Assembly (NCBI RefSeq): GCF_027853335.1
Contig: NZ_JAFEUS010000002.1
Span: 1,014,514 to 1,038,513 of the forward strand
DNA: 24,000 nt
Reading direction: 5' to 3'
Origin: Leucobacter sp. UCMA 4100
GTDB lineage: Bacteria; Actinomycetota; Actinomycetes; Actinomycetales; Microbacteriaceae
Shown here: positions 8,234 to 15,249 of the stretch, one piece after another
How positions within the stretch are numbered: the first letter of the stretch is position 1
Layout of the letters: every line of letters starts with the position of its first letter
Program-made: the position numbers and the translations under genes
The notes under the pieces: model-generated
Database searches by the model: none
What the model saw: only the letters and a program-made list of their open reading frames with translations
Told to the model about the DNA's origin: nothing

Positions 8234-9768
8234 GATGCATTGCCTACGAGTGGTACCGCTCCATGAGGAAGGTACGATCCGCTCAAAATATCGGCCGCCA
8301 CAGCCTCCATATCGTTCGCAAGGGCCCGATCTTGATCGAGGTACTGTGAACGGGCACGAACAAGCTCAAACACCGGCTTTAACGCTGGGGCGCTCGGGCC
8401 ACCATCACGCATTTCTGACCCCTGGGCTGCTGCCAAAAGCTCGATTGCTACAACGTAGGCCGCGTTTTGGGCCATCGGCTGCAGTCGAACACCGCCGTGC
8501 GTCGCCATACTGACGTGATCTTCTTGCCCAGCTGAGGTCGGAATGCTGTCAACGCTGGTGGGAAAGGCCTTGGTCTTATTTTCAGCGACGAGCGCTGCTG
8601 AGGTGACCTGCGCCATCAGAAACCCTGAGTTCAGTCCGGCGCCTTCAACCAAGAACGGCGGTAGCCCAGACATCGAGGTATCAACGATCATTGCCGTGCG
8701 CCGCTCAGTGATCGAACCGATTTCGCACAGCGCCATCGCGATCATATCTGAGGCAAAGGCAACCGGCTCACCGTGAAAGTTGCCTCCAGAAAGCACGACT
8801 TCGTCGTCTGGAAAGACGAGAGGATTATCTGAAACTGCGTTGGCCTCACGCTCCAAAACTCGCGCTGCTTGTTCTAGCAGGTCGAGCGAAGCGCCAAAAA
8901 CCTGGGGCATGCAACGCAAGCTGTACGGATCTTGTAGCCTGCGGCCTTCGAATTCGTGAGCAAGAATCTCGCTTTCAGCGACGAGGTTTCGAAGCGAAGC
9001 TGCAACGGTTATCTGGCCAATCTGACCACGAATCGCTTGGATGCGAGCGTCAAGTGCTTCCTGCCGCCCCGCTGTTGCTTCGAGGGTCAGCGCCCCCGCT
9101 GTAATCGCGGCGTTCAACACCTTTTCTGCGGCAAAAAGCCCTTGAAGCGCAAGCGCTGTCGAAGCTTGAACACCGTTGATGAGGGCAACACCCTCTTTCG
9201 GGCCCAGCTCAGCCGGATCAAGGCCAACACTGCGCAGACCCTCAACGGCGTTATAGATTTTGCGCCCAATACGCACCTGCCCGTGCCCTGTCATGACGCC
9301 TGCCATGTGCGAGAGAGGTGCCAGGTCGCCAGAGGCCCCGACAGAACCCTGACTTGGAATCACCGGAAGCACATCGTGGTTGATCATGTCGAGCAGCAGT
9401 TGGACAACTTCAAGTCTTAGACCCGAATGTCCCTGGCACAATGACAGCAGCTTTACCACCATCATTCCCCGCACCGTTGCCTCGCCAAACGATGGGCCGA
9501 CACCTACCATATGAGACTCGACAACTCTGCGCTGGAGTTCGAGTAGCTCGTCTTTGCTAATACGCCGATCAGCGAGTTTGCCAAACCCTGTGTTGACACC
9601 GTAGATCACGTCGCCGCGAGCAACCAGATCGGTGATGACCTTGTGAGCTCGTTCAATACGTTCTCTGGTTTCGTTCGAGAGTTCAACCGTGACCGGGCCT
9701 TCAAAAGGCAAGCGCAAGTCATCGAGTGTTGCTTTTGCCGTGCTAATAAGAATGTGTTGAAACATCAT
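8230..9768 (-). CDS. hutH: MIO-dependent ammonia-lyase, histidine ammonia-lyase type
   Basis: Contains the GSVGASGDLAPLSH (Ala-Ser-Gly MIO triad). YGVNTGFG, KEGVALINGVQAST, QDPYSLRC, GGNFHGEPVA and PTSAGQEDHVSMA all align without gaps to Pseudomonas putida HAL as recalled from memory. The selectivity position reads S-H (ESHMVG) as in HAL. I moved the start from the track's 9807 to the ATG at 9768, which has a GAAAGGA RBS and avoids an overlap with ubiX. Confidence 0.85.
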   Translation of the reverse strand: MMFQHILISTAKATLDDLRLPFEGPVTVELSNETRERIERAHKVITDLVARGDVIYGVNTGFGKLADRRISKDELLELQRRVVESHMVGVGPSFGEATVRGMMVVKLLSLCQGHSGLRLEVVQLLLDMINHDVLPVIPSQGSVGASGDLAPLSHMAGVMTGHGQVRIGRKIYNAVEGLRSVGLDPAELGPKEGVALINGVQASTALALQGLFAAEKVLNAAITAGALTLEATAGRQEALDARIQAIRGQIGQITVAASLRNLVAESEILAHEFEGRRLQDPYSLRCMPQVFGASLDLLEQAARVLEREANAVSDNPLVFPDDEVVLSGGNFHGEPVAFASDMIAMALCEIGSITERRTAMIVDTSMSGLPPFLVEGAGLNSGFLMAQVTSAALVAENKTKAFPTSVDSIPTSAGQEDHVSMATHGGVRLQPMAQNAAYVVAIELLAAAQGSEMRDGGPSAPALKPVFELVRARSQYLDQDRALANDMEAVAADILSGSYLPHGAVPLVGNAS

Positions 9769-9794
9769 TGTCCTTTCTGAAGTGTGAAGATCAT

Positions 9795-10355
9795 TTATTC
9801 GGTCCACCGTGTCACCAGGGTTGTCTCGATACCGAACTGGTCGAGCATTCTGCCCACCCCTTCGTCGATGACCTCGTCGATGCTGGTCGGCCTGTTATAG
9901 AACGCTGGCACCGGGAGGCACACCGTTGCGCCTGCGAGTGTCACGGTCTCCATATTTCTGATGTGAATCAGGTTGAGCGGTGACTCGCGCAGCAGGAGCA
10001 CAAGCGGCCTCCGTTCTTTCAACGTCACATCGGCGGCCCTCGCGAGGAGTGTTGTTCCCCCACCGTTCGCGATGTCTGCGATTGATCGCGCCGAGCACGG
10101 GGCCACGACCATTCCCCGGGTCTGAAACGACCCTGATGCGATACTCGCAGCCATGTCTCTCGGGGAGTGGACGTAACTCGCGAGGTTTTTCACCTCTTTC
10201 GCGGTCATATCAAGCTCATATGAAAGCGTCAGCTCGGCCATTTTGGAAATCACGAGGTGCGACTCAATCTCAAGCTCACGAAGGACCTCAAGCAGCCTCA
10301 CCCCGTACTGAACGCCGCTCGCACCACTGATACCAACAACAATGCGGTTCGTCAT
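9795..10355 (-). CDS. ubiX: UbiX flavin prenyltransferase (prFMN synthase)
   Basis: 186 aa. RIVVGISGASG…, SGSFQTRGMVVAPCS, LKERRPLVLLLRE and PVPAFYNRP are collinear with E. coli UbiX. Confidence 0.9.
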   Translation of the reverse strand: MTNRIVVGISGASGVQYGVRLLEVLRELEIESHLVISKMAELTLSYELDMTAKEVKNLASYVHSPRDMAASIASGSFQTRGMVVAPCSARSIADIANGGGTTLLARAADVTLKERRPLVLLLRESPLNLIHIRNMETVTLAGATVCLPVPAFYNRPTSIDEVIDEGVGRMLDQFGIETTLVTRWTE

Positions 10356-11878
10356 GACGCACGCACCTTGATATTCACCGATTTCAGTTCAACGAAGCTC
10401 GCGAGTTCGTCAGCCGACTCTTCTCGGCCGACACCGCTCTTGCCCATACCGCCGAACGGTGAGCCAGGATAGTGCCGATTAGCATCGTTCACCCAGATAT
10501 ATCCGGCCTGTATCGATTCAGAGACTCGCAGCGCCCGATCAAGATCATGGGTCCATACAGCCGCTGAAAGACCATACTCCGTCTCGTTGGCAAGCCGCAC
10601 AGCCTCGGCCTCATCTGCAAACGGCATCACAATGGCAACGGGTCCAAACACCTCTTGAGAGAACAAACTCATCTGCTCGGTCACACCGGTTAGCAAAGTG
10701 GGTTTGAGGTAGTAGCCCCCGGCATGTTGTTCTTGCGAGCCCTCTCCCGTCGCTTTATCTTCGGAACCTGACCCACCGGCCACCAGCGTTGCACCCTCGT
10801 GAACGGCCTGGTCAATCATGCCGCGCACCGTTCGAAGGTGCTCGAGTGAGACGACTGGCCCCATTTCAGTGTTCTCTTCATACGCCGGCCCGACACGAAG
10901 CCCCTCCATTTTGCGGCTTAGCGCAGTGACGACCTCAGCGAAGATCGTTTGTTGAACGAGAATTTTGGCGGTCGACTGGCAGCTTTGGCCTGCGCTCACC
11001 GTGAAGCTCAGCCCGGCAAAGGCTGCCTCAGTTGCCTCAGCGACATCGCAATCATCAAACATCACAAACGGGTTCTTGCCACCGAGTTCCGCGCTAAAGT
11101 GCTTCACAGTGCCGCTCGTCGAAAGCCGTTCTTGAATCGCAAGCGCGGTTCTATCACTGCCGGTAAAAGCGATACGCTTCACTTCAGGATGGGTCACCAA
11201 TGCATCTCCTGCTTCAGCGCCTCCACCAAGAATATTGACCAGCCCATCAGGCAGCGTTCCTTTCAACACTGCACCGAGCGCGAGTGTCGAAAGCGGCGTC
11301 TGTGCAGAGGTTTTAATCACGAGCCCATTACCCGCCATGAGCGGAAAAATGGCCCCTGCAAGAGCGAAAAGCAACGGGTGATTGTACGCAATAATTTTTC
11401 CCACAACACCATATGGCTCTGCTGAGATGAGCGAAAAACCGTCACGGTGAGGCTTCGTAAAACGTCCGTGTTGTGCAGCAGCAGTGCCTGGCCACTCAGC
11501 GAGGTATTTCAAGGCGAGCCCGACATCCCGACGAGTTGAAGCAAGCGGGTTACCGCTATCAACAGATTCAAGAAAAGCAAAATCTTCAGCTAGCGCCGAG
11601 AATTTCTCGCGTACTTGCGAAAACACGAGTGCTCGTTCCGAAGGAGTACGGGCCCGCCACTCGCGCTGAGCAACCAGAGCCGCATCAACCGCAACGCCGA
11701 TCTCTTCTCGGTTGCTCTCAGGAGCCGAGGTGAATTCAAGACCCGTCGAAGGATTAAACACCGGTTTATTCTCAACGGGTTCAACCCAGCCGCCGTTCAC
11801 GAAGTTCTTTGGCACCCCGTCAGCCCAAAAAGTACGCAGCACCAGATCAATATCTGTCTGCCTCTGTTGTTCGCTCAT
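10352..11878 (-). CDS. NAD(P)+-dependent aldehyde dehydrogenase
   Basis: 508 aa with the catalytic Glu motif ELGGKNP, the Cys motif SAGQSCQS, and FTGS and PFGG(M)GKSG motifs. ATGA overlaps occur at both ends. Confidence 0.85.
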   Translation of the reverse strand: MSEQQRQTDIDLVLRTFWADGVPKNFVNGGWVEPVENKPVFNPSTGLEFTSAPESNREEIGVAVDAALVAQREWRARTPSERALVFSQVREKFSALAEDFAFLESVDSGNPLASTRRDVGLALKYLAEWPGTAAAQHGRFTKPHRDGFSLISAEPYGVVGKIIAYNHPLLFALAGAIFPLMAGNGLVIKTSAQTPLSTLALGAVLKGTLPDGLVNILGGGAEAGDALVTHPEVKRIAFTGSDRTALAIQERLSTSGTVKHFSAELGGKNPFVMFDDCDVAEATEAAFAGLSFTVSAGQSCQSTAKILVQQTIFAEVVTALSRKMEGLRVGPAYEENTEMGPVVSLEHLRTVRGMIDQAVHEGATLVAGGSGSEDKATGEGSQEQHAGGYYLKPTLLTGVTEQMSLFSQEVFGPVAIVMPFADEAEAVRLANETEYGLSAAVWTHDLDRALRVSESIQAGYIWVNDANRHYPGSPFGGMGKSGVGREESADELASFVELKSVNIKVRAS

Positions 11879-13182
11879 CCGCGCATACCTCCATCGTTCA
11901 CCGTGCGTAAGCGTGAGAAAACTGAAGTCTGAATACTCTGGCCAGCTTCTTTAAGATGCACCTCGAGTGGGTGCTCGTCGGTGTTCACCCCGTTCATCTG
12001 AGCAACGACCAGGTCAACCAGAAAATCACCAGCGACCGGAGCCGTTTTAAATTGGTTTCCGCTCGTACCGATCGCTATGAAGACACCTGGCTGATCAGTC
12101 TTATCAAAAATCGGTAGCCAGTCATCAGTGACGTCATAGAGACCGGCAACGCCCTTAGGAATCGCTGTAAGCGCAAGCGAAGGAATGCGTCTTGCAGCTC
12201 GCCCGGCCTGGCGATACCAACCATCGCGAGTTGCATCGCTCCGATATTTATTTGAGTCAGAAATGAGCTCTTCACCGTCAACCGGGTCTCCCGATGAACC
12301 GACCATGAACCCATCTTTGCCCTCTGGCCGAAAGTTAATACCAAGGTCACCGTCAACAATATGGGCCGGGTTTTTGATTTCTTCAGAGGCCGTTACATGG
12401 TGTAGCTCTTGGCGAATAATGCGCTGCCCAACAGTAAAGTCATTACCCACGCCCAGAAGCCGGTTAACTTCTATCGAGGCGGGTCCAGCCGCATTAACGA
12501 CGTTCGCCGACTCGAGCACATTGCCATCCTGTAAGGTCAACTGCCAGTTTCCACCTGCACCGCGAGAAGCGCCCACAACGCGTTGCCCCATAACAAAGTG
12601 TGCGCCAAGCCTGCGAGCTTTTTGCGCAAGATTCTGTGCTGCGAGAGCGGGGTCAGCAACGTACCCTGAGCTCGCGGTATGCAACGCCCGTTCGATCAGG
12701 CCGTCGGGTTCTTTCCAAAACTCTTCGGAGTCGGGGTGAGCCGGCGGCCCGAACTTCTCAAGGTCTGCCCATGGCAGTTCTTCTTGCAACGTATCGTGGC
12801 CAAGGAACGAAAAGCCAATGCCATTTGCTTCGAGCACCGCAGCATACTTATCGAGGGTCTCGTTGTGGTCTTCAAGAATGAACGTGCCACATTGGACAAA
12901 CTCAGCAGCAGCTTCACTCGCAGGAACCCCAACAAAATCGCGCCAGTTCTTCCACGCAAATACTGACTCATGCGACATAAGACTGCTTGCAAAGTCACCG
13001 GCATGAACACGAACGATTCCAGCCGAAGCGCTCGTCGACCCAAACCCCGGCGTGGGGTTCGCGTCGATGACGGCAACGCTCAAGCCACGTTGAGCCGCGG
13101 CCACCGCGATTGACGTGCCGACGATTCCGGCCCCGATAATCGCGAGGTCAACACTATGACCTCTGAGATGAGCAGTTTGCAT
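11875..13182 (-). CDS. FAD-dependent oxidoreductase, DAO (D-amino-acid/sarcosine/glycine oxidase) family
   Basis: Dinucleotide fold DLAIIGAGIVGTSIAVAAAQRG…VAVID followed by GSTSASAGIVR. The start was trimmed from 13320 to the ATG at 13182, which has GGAGGGG 4 nt upstream. The 46 upstream codons cross the promoter region and look non-coding. Confidence 0.75.
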   Translation of the reverse strand: MQTAHLRGHSVDLAIIGAGIVGTSIAVAAAQRGLSVAVIDANPTPGFGSTSASAGIVRVHAGDFASSLMSHESVFAWKNWRDFVGVPASEAAAEFVQCGTFILEDHNETLDKYAAVLEANGIGFSFLGHDTLQEELPWADLEKFGPPAHPDSEEFWKEPDGLIERALHTASSGYVADPALAAQNLAQKARRLGAHFVMGQRVVGASRGAGGNWQLTLQDGNVLESANVVNAAGPASIEVNRLLGVGNDFTVGQRIIRQELHHVTASEEIKNPAHIVDGDLGINFRPEGKDGFMVGSSGDPVDGEELISDSNKYRSDATRDGWYRQAGRAARRIPSLALTAIPKGVAGLYDVTDDWLPIFDKTDQPGVFIAIGTSGNQFKTAPVAGDFLVDLVVAQMNGVNTDEHPLEVHLKEAGQSIQTSVFSRLRTVNDGGMRG

Positions 13183-13216
13183 TTCCCCTCCATCGCCTTT
13201 GACTGAATACAGGAAA

Positions 13217-13279
13217 ATTAACAAACTCTTCCCACCATTTGGCAATAGTTTCCGCCTAGCGGGAAACAAAATTATTTCC
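13217..13279 (-). promoter_or_regulatory. Putative island-operon promoter (TTGCCA-17-GTTAAT on the minus strand) with an adjacent GTTTCC/GGAAAC palindromic operator candidate
   Basis: The -35 is at 13245-13240 and the -10 at 13222-13217. The overlapping palindromes GTTTCC-N8-GGAAAC (13248-13267) and GGAAAC-N7-TTTCC (13262-13279) lie immediately upstream of the -35. Confidence 0.3.
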
Positions 13280-13331
13280 TGGGTAGCTACCAAAGCTAGG
13301 AAGGCCCGGCGGCTCCTCAAGAACTAGGGTT

Positions 13332-13414
13332 CGCTCAGTGAGTATGCGTTCGCCGGCTGAACATGAAAACGCGTCGATTCGATACTCAGTCGGCGAAACA
13401 ATGCTCAGTCGGCG
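13332..13414. repeat. Copy B of the ~84-bp TIR element, at the right island border
   Basis: GTGAGTATGCGTTCGCCG (13338-13355) and GATACTCAGTCGGCGAAAC (13381-13399) are identical to blocks in copy A. A second 19-bp unit, atgctcagtcggcg, lies at 13401-13414. The outer 6-7 nt of the left arm are degraded at the island junction. Confidence 0.8.
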
Positions 13415-13452
13415 CACCCACGCCCGCTCGGCGGCGGAGGATGGTCGGCGAG

Positions 13453-15030
13453 CTACGCCTCCGCCGCGCGCCAGTGCCGCTGGAGCGCACGCCCGCCGGC
13501 GAGGCACGAGAAGTAGCAGAGCGTGGCTGCCGCGCAGAAGATGAGCAGCGGCACAATGCGCGGGGCGTCACGCAAGATGGTTACGCCCCACAGGGAGAAG
13601 CTCACGAGCGTGATGAGGGCGGCGGCGACGGGCGGCCAATCGCTGAGGGGCAGCATCGTCGGGTAAGTGACTTTTGAGACGAAGCGCAGGTGGAAGCTGC
13701 TGGCGATCCACCCAGCAATGTTCGCGAGGGCAATGGTCGCGGCAATTGCCGGAACCACGAGGTGCGAGGGCAGGGCGAGCGAGGCGATGAGCGTTCCGGT
13801 GACGGTGACCGAGGCGACCGTGAGTTGGGCGTAGAACGGCGCCTTTGCGTTGTTGCGGGCGAGGCTCACGCGGTTGAGCAGGTAGGTCTGGCTGATGGCG
13901 AGCACCCCGACGGCGAGTATCTGGGCGACGGTGCCGACGTGCGGGGTGCCCCAGGCGATGAGCGAGAGGGTTGGCGCCGTCAGCACGATCACGACGACGG
14001 CGAAGAGCATGAGGCTGTTGATCTTGCGGCTCACCGAGGCCGCCCCGTCGATGAATCGTGGATCGTTCGGCGTCGAAGCGTTCAGGGCGATGTCGGGAAA
14101 CGCGCTGGTCACGAGCGCGACCGTGAACACCCCGTGCGGCACGAGCACGATGAGCGTTGCCGTCGCGAGCGTGTTGAAGCTCGCACCGTCGGCGCCCGCG
14201 AGGTTGATGGCCTCGCCCGCGGCGTTTGCCACGTTAGCGATCGTGATGGTCGCGACCTGGCCGAAGATCGCCCCGGCGAAGGTCCACCCCGCGAGCTCTG
14301 AGACGAGCCGCATGCCTGAGACCGAGAAACGCAATCGCAAGCGAATGCCCGAGCGCGCGGTCGCGATGATGAGTATCGCGGTTTGCACGGCGGTCGCGAG
14401 CGTCGCTGACCCGCACAGCACGGCGACCATCGTGGGGCTCCAGCTCTCGACTGGCCCGAGGCCTGAGGGCAGCAGCCAGGCAAAGACCAGCAGCCCAGCG
14501 ATGCCGACGAGGTTCGAGCAGGCGGGCGCCCACGCCGCAGCCTGAAAGCGTTTGTTGGCATTGAGCACCTGCGAGAGCACCGCAAACACGATGAGAAAGA
14601 ACAGCTGTGGAATGCACCAGTACATCATCTGTACCGTGAGCCCCTTCCACGCGGGGCTCCACTGGTAGGCGTAGAGGTTCACGAGCAGCGGCGCACCGAT
14701 CATGAGCAGCGCCGTAACCGCGAGGCCGCCCCACAGCGCGATCGTGAAGAGCTGGTTGACGAACCGCTGCCCCTGCTCGCCCTGCTGCATCGCCCTCACG
14801 AGGCTCGGCAAGAGCACCGCGCCGAGCACCCCGCTCGAGATGAGCGTGAACACGTACTGCGGCACCGAGCTCGCGACCTCGAACGCTTGGCCGCCAACGT
14901 GCGCCGCCGTGCCGCCAATGACCGCGACGAGCACGACGACCTTCACGAAGCCGAGCAGCCGCGAGACCAGCACCGCGAGCGCGATGCCGAAGGCGGGACC
15001 CCGCAATCGGGGCGCAAACTGCGTGAGCAA
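13453..15030 (-). CDS. murJ: MurJ/MviN-like lipid II flippase (MOP superfamily)
   Basis: 525 aa and polytopic. The N-terminus …VSRLLGFVKVVVLVAVIGG…AFEVASSVPQYVFTLISSGVLGAVLLPSLV matches the MurJ signature region. Confidence 0.6.
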   Translation of the reverse strand: MLTQFAPRLRGPAFGIALAVLVSRLLGFVKVVVLVAVIGGTAAHVGGQAFEVASSVPQYVFTLISSGVLGAVLLPSLVRAMQQGEQGQRFVNQLFTIALWGGLAVTALLMIGAPLLVNLYAYQWSPAWKGLTVQMMYWCIPQLFFLIVFAVLSQVLNANKRFQAAAWAPACSNLVGIAGLLVFAWLLPSGLGPVESWSPTMVAVLCGSATLATAVQTAILIIATARSGIRLRLRFSVSGMRLVSELAGWTFAGAIFGQVATITIANVANAAGEAINLAGADGASFNTLATATLIVLVPHGVFTVALVTSAFPDIALNASTPNDPRFIDGAASVSRKINSLMLFAVVVIVLTAPTLSLIAWGTPHVGTVAQILAVGVLAISQTYLLNRVSLARNNAKAPFYAQLTVASVTVTGTLIASLALPSHLVVPAIAATIALANIAGWIASSFHLRFVSKVTYPTMLPLSDWPPVAAALITLVSFSLWGVTILRDAPRIVPLLIFCAAATLCYFSCLAGGRALQRHWRAAEA

Positions 15031-15132
15031 ACGTGACCTTATTCTCTCGGCTGATTGCTTTGAGTGTAGCCCTCACCACTGACACATTCGCGGCGGATCA
15101 CCCCGCGCACGCCCCTGCCAACGCACCCATGT

Positions 15133-15216
15133 CGCCGAGTGAGCATCGCTTCGCCGAAAGCACATGGAATCGACGCGATTTGGATGCTCACTCGACGAAA
15201 CGATGCTCACTCGGCG
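15133..15216. repeat. Copy C of the ~84-bp TIR element (core-genome intergenic)
   Basis: Perfect 16-bp terminal inverted repeat CGCCGAGTGAGCATCG (15133-15148) / CGATGCTCACTCGGCG (15201-15216). The internal tandem units gatgctcactcgacgaaac / gatgctcactcggcg are collinear with A and B. Confidence 0.8.
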
Positions 15217-15249
15217 TCGCGCAAGACCGCGGAGCCGATCCGCACCCTG

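Larger units (their letters stand above)
3219..13331 (-). other. Compositionally atypical ~10.1 kb genomic island (nine-gene catabolic/transport operon, no mobility genes)
   Basis: GC drops abruptly at both edges in hand counts of sample lines. All genes are co-directional with overlapping or short junctions. Repeat copies A and B flank the block. Confidence 0.7.

Noticed and set aside
8230-9768. Possibility that the MIO lyase is a tyrosine or phenylalanine ammonia-lyase, which would feed a p-coumarate or cinnamate decarboxylase
   Set aside because: This is rejected tentatively. The selectivity dipeptide aligns as S-H, as in HAL, rather than H-L (TAL) or F-L (PAL). The HAL-specific Glu in the QEDH block is present. 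Only an assay or phylogeny can settle it, so it is kept as an alternative in the finding.
9769-9807. Track start of the ammonia-lyase ORF at 9807 (MDRINDLHTSERTMM…)
   Set aside because: This start would overlap the ubiX stop by 13 nt and adds 13 residues not seen in HAL N-termini. The ATG at 9768 has a GAAAGGA Shine-Dalgarno 4 nt upstream.
13183-13320. 46-codon N-terminal extension of the FAD oxidoreductase ORF
   Set aside because: The extension runs through the AT-rich promoter and palindrome region and precedes the Rossmann GxGxxG by an atypical distance. The internal ATG at 13182 has a strong GGAGGGG RBS.
3219-13331. Defence system, prophage or integrative element content in the island
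   Set aside because: All nine ORFs have clear metabolic, transport or regulatory signatures. No nuclease, ATPase/helicase, toxin-antitoxin, integrase or phage structural motifs were seen on either strand.
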